DNA from: Candidatus Latescibacterota bacterium | GTDB taxonomy: Bacteria; Latescibacterota; UBA2968; GCA-2709665 | Assembly (NCBI GenBank): GCA_965219995.1 | Contig: CBDCOX010000002.1 | Coordinates: 1,280,001-1,344,000 of the forward strand | DNA length: 64,000 nt | Reading direction: 5' to 3' | Shown here: piece by piece, positions 1 to 9,523 of the stretch | Position numbering within the stretch: the first letter of the stretch is position 1 | Layout: each line of letters opens with the position of its first letter | Program-made: the position numbers and the translations under genes | Notes under the pieces: model-generated | The model's database searches: none | Told to the model about the DNA's origin: nothing | What the model saw: only the letters and a program-made list of their open reading frames with translations

Positions 1-2
1 AC

Positions 3-533
3 AAACGTCAGATCCGCCACGTGGGTCTGGCGCAATCCATGCATATGGTCGCATCCGGACTCGGCTGGCGGCTGGACAGGACCGAGGAACTCGTGGAACC
101 GGTGGTCGCGCGAACGGAGGTGCGCGGGAAGGACTGGTCCGTTCCGGCCGGAAGGGCCACGGGCGTGAACCAGACGGGCAGGGGATACGTGGACAACCGG
201 GAGGTGCTCACGCTCGTTTTTCGCGCGGCCGTGGGCGAAACGCGCCCCAGAGACCGCATCCGCGTCTTCGGTACTCCGGAAGTCGATCTCACCGTTGCCG
301 GCGGCATCAACGGAGACGTCGCCACCTGTTCCATCGTCGCCAATGCGATTCCGGTTGTCCACGGTGCGCCGCCCGGCCTGCGCACCATGGTCGACATCCC
401 CCCCATATCGGCATTCCGGCGTGCTGCCCCCACGGGAGGATTCCTGCATCCCGAAGAGCCCGATACTCCGCCTGACTCTCACCTCGACGCCGCCCCCTAC
501 GCGCCTCCCGGTCGTACGCCGGAATCCACATAA
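3..533 (+). CDS. C-terminal part of a dihydrodipicolinate reductase-like / 2,4-diaminopentanoate dehydrogenase family oxidoreductase (5' truncated by window edge)
   Basis: Frame is open from base 3 (KRQIRHVGLAQS...). Motifs RHVGL.QS, GGINGDVAT..IVANAIP.V..APPGLRTM.D match this family's C-terminus. Confidence 0.7.
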   Translation, partial: KRQIRHVGLAQSMHMVASGLGWRLDRTEELVEPVVARTEVRGKDWSVPAGRATGVNQTGRGYVDNREVLTLVFRAAVGETRPRDRIRVFGTPEVDLTVAGGINGDVATCSIVANAIPVVHGAPPGLRTMVDIPPISAFRRAAPTGGFLHPEEPDTPPDSHLDAAPYAPPGRTPEST

Positions 534-534
534 C

Positions 535-571
535 TGTTGCAAAAAATACACATCTGTGTTATTCTTTCACA
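535..571 (+). promoter_or_regulatory. Tandem upstream activator sites for a sigma54 enhancer-binding protein
   Basis: TGTTGCAAAAAATACACA (535-552, TGT-N12-ACA) and TGTGTTATTCTTTCACA (555-571, TGT-N11-ACA), about 85-120 bp upstream of a -24/-12 element. Confidence 0.5.
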
Positions 572-655
572 GGGCCAGACCATGCGCCGGATCCGGTTCC
601 GGGTGCAAACACCTGTTTTTGCGTCGGATTCGTGATCAACGAGAAACGGTCATCC

Positions 656-670
656 TGGTACGGTTTTTGC
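656..670 (+). promoter_or_regulatory. sigma54 (-24/-12) promoter
   Basis: TGGTACG-GTTT-TTGC matches TGGCACG-N4-TTGC with exact GG-N10-GC spacing. The downstream operon encodes an NtrC-family activator. Confidence 0.65.
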
Positions 671-768
671 GCACTCCGATTAACCTCCTTGCACGTGTTC
701 GGCGGAAACCCGCGGAGGTTAGCGCTCTGTCTCAAAGATTTCTCACCATTCGGCCGAATTCCGGCAAT

Positions 769-2088
769 GTGTCTGGGCGATTGAACACTGGCGCGCTATG
801 GCGCACAATTGTCCTGCTTTCCGTCCTCTTTGCCTGGACGGACGCCTCGCAGTTGTGCGCTCAGGATGCCACCGGTTACGTGGTGGAACGCATCGAGGTT
901 CGCGGCAATCGCAAGACAAGAGCCGACATCATCCTTCGTACCCTGCCAATCCACGCGGGTGACCGGCTCACGCCCGGCAGACTGGATGCCAGCCGCGAGT
1001 CGCTCTACCGCACGCGCCTCTTCCGAACGGTGCACGTCGCGCCAAAGCCCGGCACCGAACAGGGCAAGGCCGTGCTGGTGGTCTACGTCGACGAAAAACG
1101 GTTCGGCGATGCCGGTATCAGCTTCGAATACACCGAACTGGACGGGTTCGGGCTCGCCGCCGACGCCTATCATGTCAACCTCGCCGGCGAGGGCAAGACC
1201 GTGGGCGTCGAGTATTCGCATGGCGAGCGACTGCAGCGCTTCGGCTTGAGCTATGCCGACCCCTGGCTGACCAGCGGATGTATCTCCCTTCATGCGAAAG
1301 CCCACTTTTCGCGGGCCGACCGGGACATGTACCGCAGTTCCGATCCTCTGAGGCGCGGCCTGTACGACGTGGACAGACTTGGCGGCGCCATTGGCGTTGG
1401 AAAGCCCGTCGGCGAGAAATACCGTCTGGTCGCCCGTTACGCCTTCGACGAGATTCGCGTCAACGACTTCGAAGAGCCGGAAGTCTTCATTTCAGGCCCG
1501 GAATTCACCCGGGAGATCAGCGCGGCCCTGGGCCGCACGCCAATATCCACCTTCGGCATCGAGCTCTACCGGCAGCACGCCTCAAGATTCTGGGGCAGTA
1601 CCCCTGGATTCGATTTCAACTTCCGTATGGACTTCGCGCCCGGCGCCCTTGGAGACAACCCGAGCTACCTCCGGAACCGAATCGAGGCCTACCGGCATTT
1701 CGCAACCCTGCCCGGCCAGATCCTGAGCGTCGGGGGACGCGCGGGACACATTTTCGGCACACCCCCGTTCTTTGACCGGTTCTATTTTGACGGCCAGAAT
1801 CAGCTCCGCGGGTTCGAACGGCGCGCGATCGGCCCCGAGGGCGGTACGGAATTTGTTTCGATCGAAGGCGTGTATGCAATTGCAACCCGGCCGATCGGCA
1901 GGATCTACTGCTTTACCGAGTGGGCCGCGATTCGCAGACCGGTCGGGAACGGCCACGTCAGGGATTCGAACGGCACCTATGGTATCGGCGCATTGCTGTT
2001 TAACCGGATCGACATCAGTTACGGCTTGAAAAGGGGCACGCTCATCGTGAAATTCCACCGGTTCGGCGGTATCAACATGGGTCTGTGA
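769..2088 (+). CDS. BamA/TamA (Omp85) family outer-membrane protein with one POTRA domain; start approximate
   Basis: Signal-peptide-like stretch, then VERIEVRGNRKTRADIILR (POTRA) and FYFDGQNQLRGFERRAIGP (Omp85 L6-loop motif). The ORF-track start at 295 overlaps the previous gene and the promoter. Confidence 0.75.
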   Translation: MSGRLNTGALWRTIVLLSVLFAWTDASQLCAQDATGYVVERIEVRGNRKTRADIILRTLPIHAGDRLTPGRLDASRESLYRTRLFRTVHVAPKPGTEQGKAVLVVYVDEKRFGDAGISFEYTELDGFGLAADAYHVNLAGEGKTVGVEYSHGERLQRFGLSYADPWLTSGCISLHAKAHFSRADRDMYRSSDPLRRGLYDVDRLGGAIGVGKPVGEKYRLVARYAFDEIRVNDFEEPEVFISGPEFTREISAALGRTPISTFGIELYRQHASRFWGSTPGFDFNFRMDFAPGALGDNPSYLRNRIEAYRHFATLPGQILSVGGRAGHIFGTPPFFDRFYFDGQNQLRGFERRAIGPEGGTEFVSIEGVYAIATRPIGRIYCFTEWAAIRRPVGNGHVRDSNGTYGIGALLFNRIDISYGLKRGTLIVKFHRFGGINMGL

Positions 2089-2148
2089 GCCGGAGGGAAC
2101 GGCACCCGGAACCCGCCCATACCGAACGAAACAGACCAAGCTCCCGAA

Positions 2149-2775
2149 ATGCATACCTATCGAGGCAAAGCAGAGGCGTCCACGCGAATTGTCGGCATTT
2201 GCGCTTGCCTCTTTTTTTTTGTTGCATTCCCCGTACGTTCCGGCGCCCGGGACGTCACCGTCGCGGCGCGCACGGTCTACGTGCATGCGGACACGCTGAA
2301 ACTGCATATCGAGCTGGATTCTCTGTTTTCGCGCCGTGCGCTGGATGCCATCGCGTCCGGCCTGATCACGTCGGTGGTCATGGAATTCCGGCTGGATTCG
2401 GACCGGCGCTCGAAAGCACTGGAAACCGCGGTAGGGATGCGCCTGGACCACGACATCTGGGAGGGAAGGTATCGGGTCGTGCGCGACACCGGCCGGCTGG
2501 ACACCCTGCAGACAGCTCATTTCGATACGGTCAAGACGTACTGCTCGGTACTCCGGGGCCTCTCGATCGGGCCGCTTCCCGAAGGCCGTGATTTCAGGCT
2601 GCGTCTTCGGGTTGGCGTCACCCCCATTTCGGTGGAACAGGAGCGGCGCTCACGCCGCTGGCTCAATGTCCTGCAGAGAGGAAGCCTGCTGGAGCTATTC
2701 ATTTCACTGGACCGGCCCACGAAACGCTCCCCGTGGATCGATGTCAGCCAATTCTCGCCGGAGGATCTGCAATGA
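2149..2775 (+). CDS. DUF4390-like periplasmic protein
   Basis: Signal-like N-terminus, LDAIASGL..SVVMEFRL and RLDHDIWEGRYRV. Typical position upstream of an NtrY-like kinase, with ATGA overlap. Confidence 0.6.
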   Translation: MHTYRGKAEASTRIVGICACLFFFVAFPVRSGARDVTVAARTVYVHADTLKLHIELDSLFSRRALDAIASGLITSVVMEFRLDSDRRSKALETAVGMRLDHDIWEGRYRVVRDTGRLDTLQTAHFDTVKTYCSVLRGLSIGPLPEGRDFRLRLRVGVTPISVEQERRSRRWLNVLQRGSLLELFISLDRPTKRSPWIDVSQFSPEDLQ

Positions 2776-4268
2776 GATCCCTACCTCTGCGCTGGCGGAT
2801 CGTCATCGCACTCATCGCCCTCACGCTGGGCACCACGCTGGCACTCTCCCTGCTTGCCCAACATTTCCTGGAATCAGGCCTGCGGTTGCAGGACAACATC
2901 AGCGCAAGCACCAGCCGGGCATTGAACGACGCGGTCGAACTGGCAAGGAGCCATTACGAGAGCCGCAAGGCGGCGCTCGGCGATGCGGGGACCCGCCTCT
3001 TCCGGTCGTCGCTGCCGTCGGAAGCCGTCCGTACGCGCGACCTGCGGACGGTCCGCGCCTTCCTGGACAGTCTCGACCTTGTTGACGCACGTCTTCGGTT
3101 CGCGGATGCCGCGGAAGTTGCATCGCTCAACCTGCGGGGGAACGCATTCAGCCCGGCCGTGCGCAGGGCCGGCGAGCGCGACGCGTCGCTGGAACTGTAC
3201 GTGCCCGTTGGACAGGTTGGACCGCCGGAAGCGGCCCTCGTGATCACAAGCCCGATGGTCGAGCTCAACAACGTTGAGCAGGCAGTCCAGGCCCATCAGT
3301 ACCTTCGCATGATCGGAGGCGACCTCCGAGGCGAGTTCTTCTTTTATTTCGCGATGGCAACCATCGGACTTCTCGTACTGGCCTGCCTCATGGGCGTTCG
3401 AATCGGCTTCGGCGCGACCCGTCCGCTGCACGAACTCGTCAAGGGTACCCGCGAACTGGCGCAGGACAACCTGGACTACCGTATTCCTCCGGGACGGGAC
3501 GACGAAATCGGACTGCTGATCGGTTCCTTCAATCGGATGGCGGAGGACCTGACGCAGAACCGGCGGCAGCGCCTCGAAGCGGAAAAGATCGCGGCCTGGC
3601 GCGAGATCGCCCGGCGCCTTGCCCACGAAATCAAGAACCCGCTGACACCGATACAGCTGACGGTTCAGCAGATCCGCGACAAATACCCGGGCGAAGACCC
3701 CGCCTACCGGAAACTGGTCCAGGACTGCACCGAGATCGTCACGGAAGAGGTGGAAAGCCTGAGAAAACTGGTTCAGGAATTCGCCGACTTCGCGCGCATG
3801 CCTTCTCTGTCGCTCGGGAGGCACAGCCTGAACGGCGTGGTTACCGATATCGTGCGGCTCTATCCTGAAGCCGGAATCGTCCTCGAACTCGCGCAGGAAC
3901 TTCCCGATCTGGATCTGGACAGCGAACAGATGCGCCGCGTGCTGATCAACCTGATCGAAAACGGCCTGGAAGCCGCCGGACAGCGGGGCCGGATCGTCAT
4001 TCAGACCGAGAGCCACCCGAACGCGGTCAAGCTCCTGGTGGTGGATTCGGGTCCAGGCGTACCCGAACGGGACAGGGAGCGAATCTTCCAGCCGCATGTG
4101 TCTTCCAAACAGAGCGGCATGGGCATGGGACTGGCCGAAGTCCGCAGCATCGTAGAGAGCCACGGCGGCCAGATCGTCGCGGCGGGCGCGCCGGAAGGTG
4201 GCGCGCAGTTTGAGGTTACCCTGCCCGTTCCGAAGGAACGGGCCAGACAGCCGGAGGAACGGATATGA
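2772..4268 (+). CDS. NtrY-like HAMP sensor histidine kinase
   Basis: Two TM segments, HAMP (DDEIGLLIGSFNRM), H-box AWREIARRLAHEIKNPLTPIQL, N box, DSGPGV and GMGMGL. Confidence 0.92.
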   Translation: MRSLPLRWRIVIALIALTLGTTLALSLLAQHFLESGLRLQDNISASTSRALNDAVELARSHYESRKAALGDAGTRLFRSSLPSEAVRTRDLRTVRAFLDSLDLVDARLRFADAAEVASLNLRGNAFSPAVRRAGERDASLELYVPVGQVGPPEAALVITSPMVELNNVEQAVQAHQYLRMIGGDLRGEFFFYFAMATIGLLVLACLMGVRIGFGATRPLHELVKGTRELAQDNLDYRIPPGRDDEIGLLIGSFNRMAEDLTQNRRQRLEAEKIAAWREIARRLAHEIKNPLTPIQLTVQQIRDKYPGEDPAYRKLVQDCTEIVTEEVESLRKLVQEFADFARMPSLSLGRHSLNGVVTDIVRLYPEAGIVLELAQELPDLDLDSEQMRRVLINLIENGLEAAGQRGRIVIQTESHPNAVKLLVVDSGPGVPERDRERIFQPHVSSKQSGMGMGLAEVRSIVESHGGQIVAAGAPEGGAQFEVTLPVPKERARQPEERI

Positions 4269-5647
4269 CAGAACCAACCATTCTGGTGGTGGACGACGAA
4301 CGCAACATTCGTCGAACCCTGGAGATGATCCTGTCTGCGGAAGGATACCGGGTGGTCTGCGCGGCTTCGGGCCAGGAAGCCCTGGCCGCGATGAAATCCG
4401 AATCGCCGCAGGTGGTCCTGCTGGATATCGTCCTGCCGGGATCGAACGGGATCGAAATCCTGAAAACCGCCCGGCAGAGCCACCCCGACCTGGCCGTAAT
4501 CATGATCTCCGGGCACGGAACCGTCCACGACGCGGTCGTGGCGACGAAGCTGGGCGCCTACGATTTCCTGGAAAAGCCGCTGTCACGTGAGAAGGTGCTG
4601 CTGACCCTCTCCCACGCACTCGAGAGTATCGAGCTGAGCGAAGAGAATCGCAATCTGCGCCGAAAGTTCGAAACGCGTTTCGAGATGGTGGGCGAAAGCC
4701 AGGCCATCGCGTCCGTTCGCGAACAGATCGCGAAGGTCGCACCGACGAACGGCCGCGTCCTGATCCTGGGCGAGAGCGGCACCGGCAAAGAACTGGTCGC
4801 CCGGGATATCCACCGGAACAGCCGGCGATCCACGGGACCGTTCGTCAAGGTCAATTGTGCCGCGATCCCCGAGGAACTCATCGAAAGCGAGCTGTTCGGC
4901 AGCGACCGCGGCGCGTTTACAGGCTCGGTGAAGACCCGCGACGGCAAGTTCCTGCTTGCGGACGGCGGAACGCTCTTCCTGGACGAAATCGGCGATATGA
5001 GCCTGAGCGTCCAGGCCAAGGTCCTGCGGGCGCTCGAGCAGGGCGAATTCGAGCGCGTTGGCGGGTCCAGGACCTTGAGAGTGGATGTGCGCGTGATCGC
5101 CGCGACCAACAAAAACCTTCAACAACAGGTCGAGAACGGAGCATTTCGGGAGGACCTCTACTTCAGGCTCAACGTCGTGCCCATCACGGCCCCGCCATTG
5201 AGGGACCGCAAGGAAGACATACCCCTTCTCTCGGCGCATTTTCTCAAGGGATATGCCGATGAAAACGACTTTCGCCCCAAGAAACTCAGCCCCGGCGCAA
5301 TGGAGGCCCTGAAGAACCACGGATGGCCGGGCAACATCAGGGAACTGAAGAACCTGATAGAACGCCTGTCCATTATGGTCGCCGAAGATACGGTCGACGA
5401 CCATCATCTGCCAGGCCTGGACGGTCCGCAACCCGGCCGCGGGGCCGAGACTCCGGAGGACGTTGGCTCACTGCCCGGCGTGGCATCCGGGAAGAGCCTG
5501 CATGAAGTCCGTGAAGCCGTGGAAAAGGCCTACATTTCCGATGCATTGAAAGGAAACGGCTGGAACGTTACAAGGGCTGCCAGATTGCTGGGCGTGGACC
5601 GCACCAACCTCCACAAGAAAATCAAATACTACAATATCGAGCGCTGA
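4265..5647 (+). CDS. NtrC/NtrX-family sigma54-dependent response regulator
   Basis: Receiver domain (VVDDE, LLDIVLPG), GESGTGKE, GAFTGS, FLDEIGD and C-terminal Fis-type HTH. Confidence 0.95.
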   Translation: MTEPTILVVDDERNIRRTLEMILSAEGYRVVCAASGQEALAAMKSESPQVVLLDIVLPGSNGIEILKTARQSHPDLAVIMISGHGTVHDAVVATKLGAYDFLEKPLSREKVLLTLSHALESIELSEENRNLRRKFETRFEMVGESQAIASVREQIAKVAPTNGRVLILGESGTGKELVARDIHRNSRRSTGPFVKVNCAAIPEELIESELFGSDRGAFTGSVKTRDGKFLLADGGTLFLDEIGDMSLSVQAKVLRALEQGEFERVGGSRTLRVDVRVIAATNKNLQQQVENGAFREDLYFRLNVVPITAPPLRDRKEDIPLLSAHFLKGYADENDFRPKKLSPGAMEALKNHGWPGNIRELKNLIERLSIMVAEDTVDDHHLPGLDGPQPGRGAETPEDVGSLPGVASGKSLHEVREAVEKAYISDALKGNGWNVTRAARLLGVDRTNLHKKIKYYNIER

Positions 5648-5719
5648 CAGGGCGGGAGACTGCCGCGTTTCCGCACGCGCGGACGCCGCGGTCCGGCGGC
5701 CCACGCCCGGAGACAACCA

Positions 5720-6856
5720 TTGAAAACGGCGTTCCTCATCCTCCTCCCGATCCTTGCCTGGGTACAGGATGCCCGCGCGCAGCCCGACGACGTTTCCCGG
5801 ATCGAGAAGCTCTACCGGGGCGCACGGCTCCGATACAACCGCGTGGAGGGCGCCTACCTGGGGTATCGCCAGTCCATCCGCCATAGGGATCGGCCGCGTT
5901 TCACGTTCTTTGCGGAAAGTGGATACGGCACTGCCAGCGGCTCGGTCCGGTGGGAAGCGGGGGTGGACTACCAGAGCCCGGAAACCAGTCTGAACGTCGC
6001 TGTTTTCGACAGATCCGACACGCCAGACCGGGGAACTGTCGGAACCACCGAAAACAGTCTGCTCAGTCTCCTCTTCAAATGGGACCACCGCGACTATTTC
6101 CGTGCGAAGAACGGATTTGAAGCGAACGTCATCCTCAGGCCGAAACGAAAGCTCTCCGTCGTCGGGGGCCTGACCGCGTTCCGCTGTGAGCCCCTGCCGG
6201 TCGGGACCGCCTGGAGCCTGTTCTTCCGGGAACGCCCGTTTCGGGGAAACCCGCCCGCCCGGCGCGGCGACGCCGGCATGCTGTACGCCGGCGTTGTGGT
6301 CGACACGCGCGTCAGGAGCCCGCTTTTCCGTAATGCATGGTACGGACGAATCCACGTTGAGCGCGGCTTTCGGGACTTCGCCTTCCACGGGCTCACCCTC
6401 GAGGGCAAGCGCTACCAGAAAGGCATATTCGGTCGGCAGGGCCTGATTGTGCGGGCCCGGCTCAGCACCCGCGAAAGCACGGCGCCGCAGTTTCTTTTCG
6501 GCTTGGGCGGCGTGGGCACCCTGCGCGGGTACGACATCAGGGAATTCTCCGCCAACCGGCTGGTTCTGCTCAACCTCGAATACGCCTTTCGCGGCGACGT
6601 CCTTCCGAAGATTCCAGTCACGGGATTCCGTCTTCTCAACCTCACCGTTTTCGCGGACGCGGGATGGACCGCGCTTGTATCGGAATCCGCCCACCTGATC
6701 GAAGGATTCGGAGACCTGGACCTCGCCTCCTTCAGGACCAGCATCGGCTTCGGCATTGCGCTACCACGTCAGCTCCTCAGGTTGAACGTGGCCCGCCGCC
6801 TGGACAGGTCCGATGCTGTCTGGAACCTGTCCATCCGGCTCCGGTTCAGTCTCTGA
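5720..6856 (+). CDS. Omp85/surface-antigen-like beta-barrel outer-membrane protein
   Basis: Signal peptide, RYNRVEG, GLGGVGTLRGYDIREF, FADAG, and an amphipathic C-terminal strand. Confidence 0.65.
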   Translation: MKTAFLILLPILAWVQDARAQPDDVSRIEKLYRGARLRYNRVEGAYLGYRQSIRHRDRPRFTFFAESGYGTASGSVRWEAGVDYQSPETSLNVAVFDRSDTPDRGTVGTTENSLLSLLFKWDHRDYFRAKNGFEANVILRPKRKLSVVGGLTAFRCEPLPVGTAWSLFFRERPFRGNPPARRGDAGMLYAGVVVDTRVRSPLFRNAWYGRIHVERGFRDFAFHGLTLEGKRYQKGIFGRQGLIVRARLSTRESTAPQFLFGLGGVGTLRGYDIREFSANRLVLLNLEYAFRGDVLPKIPVTGFRLLNLTVFADAGWTALVSESAHLIEGFGDLDLASFRTSIGFGIALPRQLLRLNVARRLDRSDAVWNLSIRLRFSL

Positions 6857-6885
6857 TTCAGCTCCCGTACCCGGCGCAAGAAGAA

Positions 6886-6922
6886 CAGAAAGGCCCCGGA
6901 AGCTCTATCCGGGGCCTTTCTG
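6886..6922. terminator. Hairpin between convergent operons, probable bidirectional terminator
   Basis: Perfect 15-bp stem CAGAAAGGCCCCGGA / TCCGGGGCCTTTCTG with a 7-nt loop. Confidence 0.75.
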
Positions 6923-7016
6923 CTCGCAAGCCAGCCGCCGCACTTCAGCGGTCAGGAGATGTCCCCACGCCGCCGCATGTGAAATGCCAGGGCCGCGCGC
7001 CGGATCATCGTCCGTA

Positions 7017-8267
7017 CTATGTACCCTCCTGCCAGGAACTGAGATACCGCTCCTGGTCTGCGGTCAGCGAATCGATCTCCACGTCCATCGCCTCCAACTG
7101 CAGCCGCGCGACCTCCCGGTCGATCTCGTCCGGCAGCCGGTACACCCTGGGCTCCAGATTGTCGGCGTTCCTGATGCCGTATTCCACCCCGAGGGCCTGA
7201 TCGCAGAACGACAGCGACATCACGGTGGACGGGTGCCCCTCCGCGCACGCCAGGTTCACGAGACGACCTTCGCCACAAAGGAACAGCGAGCGGCCGTTCA
7301 GGTGATATTCGTGAAACAGAGGGCGCACCTCCTCCTTCTTTTCCGCCATCGTCTCGAGCCCGTCCACGTCGATCTCCAGGTCGAAGTGACCGGCGTTGGC
7401 CACCACCGCGCCGTCCTTCATGACCTTCATATGTTCCGCGCTCAAAACGTGCTTGTTTCCGGTAACCGTGACGAACAGGTCGCCGATCCCGGCGGCGAGT
7501 GCCATCGGCATCACCCTGAATCCGTCCATCCGAGCCTGCAGCGCCCGGAACGGATCCACTTCCGTGACAATGACCTCCGCTCCCAGCCCCCTCGCCCTCG
7601 AAGCCACGCCCTTTCCGCAACTGCCATAGCCGACGACGACGACCGCCTTGCCGCTGATCAGAAGATTGGACGCCCGCACGACGCCGTCCAGCGCGGACTG
7701 TCCCGTCCCGTAGAAATTGTCCATCAGGTGCTTGGTGTCGCAGTCGTTGACGGCGATAATGGGATACTTCAGCGCATTGTCCTTTTCCATCGCGCGCAGC
7801 CGGATGATGCCCGTTGTGGTCTCTTCGCAGCCGCATACGATCTCAGGAATCTGATCCGGATAATTTGTGTGCACTTCGTTGACCAGATCGCAGCCGTCGT
7901 CGATTGTCACGTGGGGCCGGGTCTCGATAACCGCGCGGAGGTACCGGTAGTAGTCCTCCCTCGATTCGCCCTTGTAGGCATATACAGAGACGTCTTCGGC
8001 AGCAAGGGCCGCCGCCACGTCGTCCTGCGTGGAGAGCGGATTGCAGCCTGTGATCGACACGGTGGCGCCGCCGGCCCGCAACGTCCGCACGAGTACAGCC
8101 GTCTCCTTGGTAACATGGAGCGCCATGCCGATCCGGAAACCGCTGAGCGGTTTTTCGCGTTCGAATCGTTCCCGAATCTTCAGCAGCGCGCCCATCTGCT
8201 TCTCGGCCCATTCGATGTTTCTGAATCCCTGTTCCGCCAGACCGATGTCCTTTACCTCGTATCCCAC
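7017..8267 (-). CDS. ahcY: Adenosylhomocysteinase
   Basis: MALHVTKET, CNPLSTQD, EETTTG, GYGSCGKG, EGRLVNLACAEGHP. Probable GTG start after a GGAG site. Confidence 0.97.
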   Translation of the reverse strand: MGYEVKDIGLAEQGFRNIEWAEKQMGALLKIRERFEREKPLSGFRIGMALHVTKETAVLVRTLRAGGATVSITGCNPLSTQDDVAAALAAEDVSVYAYKGESREDYYRYLRAVIETRPHVTIDDGCDLVNEVHTNYPDQIPEIVCGCEETTTGIIRLRAMEKDNALKYPIIAVNDCDTKHLMDNFYGTGQSALDGVVRASNLLISGKAVVVVGYGSCGKGVASRARGLGAEVIVTEVDPFRALQARMDGFRVMPMALAAGIGDLFVTVTGNKHVLSAEHMKVMKDGAVVANAGHFDLEIDVDGLETMAEKKEEVRPLFHEYHLNGRSLFLCGEGRLVNLACAEGHPSTVMSLSFCDQALGVEYGIRNADNLEPRVYRLPDEIDREVARLQLEAMDVEIDSLTADQERYLSSWQEGT

Positions 8268-8293
8268 GCCTTTCTCCTCTCCATCCTCCAATG

Positions 8294-9463
8294 CTACGCC
8301 AGCTTCCTCGCGGCCGCTTCAAGGACTTCCGCCTTGTCCGTACGCTCCCAGGTAAACCCTTCCTCTTCCCGGCCGAAGTGTCCGTAGGCGGCAGTGCGTT
8401 TATACACCGGACGCAGCAGATTGAGAGACCGGATGATGCCGGCCGGCCGCAATTCGAAATGCGAACGGATCAACGTCGAAATGTCGGCTTCGCCGATCGT
8501 ACCCGTACCGAACGTATCCACCACGATGGACACCGGCTCCGCCACCCCGATGGCATAGGCCAGCTGCACCTCGCACCGGCTGGCGAGGCCGGCCTTCACC
8601 ACGTTCTTTGCGACGTATCGCGCGGCATAGTGCGCGCTCCGGTCGACCTTGCTGGGGTCCTTGCCGGAGAATGCCCCACCGCCGTGCCGCCCCACGCCGC
8701 CGTAGGTATCCACGATGATCTTCCTGCCTGTCAACCCCGTGTCTCCGTGGGGTCCGCCAACCACAAATCGCCCGGTGGGGTTGATGTGATAGACCGTGTC
8801 GCTGTCGAGGTAACGCGCCGGGATGACCTCTTCGACGACATGCTCGATCATATCACGGCGGATTCGGCTGTGGCATACGCTCGGGTCATGCTGGGTGGAA
8901 ATCACCACCGTGTGCACGCGCACGGGCGTGTCGTCGTCGTATTCCACGGTGACCTGCGACTTGCTGTCGGGGCGCAGATAGGGAAGCGTTCCGCTGCGGC
9001 GGAGCCTCGCCAGGCCCATCACCAGCTTATGGGACAACATAATGGGCATCGGCATCAACTCGGGCGTCTCCCGGCAGGCGTACCCGAACATCATGCCCTG
9101 GTCGCCCGCTCCCTGCTCATCGTGCAGGCCCTCGCCTTCCGTCACGCCTTGCGAGATGTCGGGCGACTGCGTATGCAGCGCGAGCAGCACGCCGCATGAG
9201 CGGTGGTCGAATCCGTACTCCGAATCCGTATATCCGATGCATCGAATAACGTCTCGCACAAGCTCCTGGATATCCACCCGGGCTTCTGTGGTCACCTCAC
9301 CCGATACGATCACCTGCCCCGTGGTTACCATGGTCTCGCAAGCGACGCGCGACCGGGGGTCCTCTGCCAGCATCGCGTCCAGGACCGCATCTGAAATCTG
9401 ATCGCAGATCTTGTCCGGGTGGCCCTCGGAGACCGACTCTGAGGTAAATAAGCGCCGCATCAA
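8294..9463 (-). CDS. metK: S-adenosylmethionine synthetase
   Basis: [35 protein letters not shown]. Confidence 0.98.
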   Translation of the reverse strand: MMRRLFTSESVSEGHPDKICDQISDAVLDAMLAEDPRSRVACETMVTTGQVIVSGEVTTEARVDIQELVRDVIRCIGYTDSEYGFDHRSCGVLLALHTQSPDISQGVTEGEGLHDEQGAGDQGMMFGYACRETPELMPMPIMLSHKLVMGLARLRRSGTLPYLRPDSKSQVTVEYDDDTPVRVHTVVISTQHDPSVCHSRIRRDMIEHVVEEVIPARYLDSDTVYHINPTGRFVVGGPHGDTGLTGRKIIVDTYGGVGRHGGGAFSGKDPSKVDRSAHYAARYVAKNVVKAGLASRCEVQLAYAIGVAEPVSIVVDTFGTGTIGEADISTLIRSHFELRPAGIIRSLNLLRPVYKRTAAYGHFGREEEGFTWERTDKAEVLEAAARKLA

Positions 9464-9523
9464 TGCCTCTTTTCCTGACTTACGTGCTCAAATAATACCC
9501 GCGACCGCGGGAGTGCGCCCGTT

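Noticed and set aside
9464-9523. SAM riboswitch upstream of metK
   Set aside because: Only about 60 nt separate ptsI and metK, with no SAM aptamer motifs.
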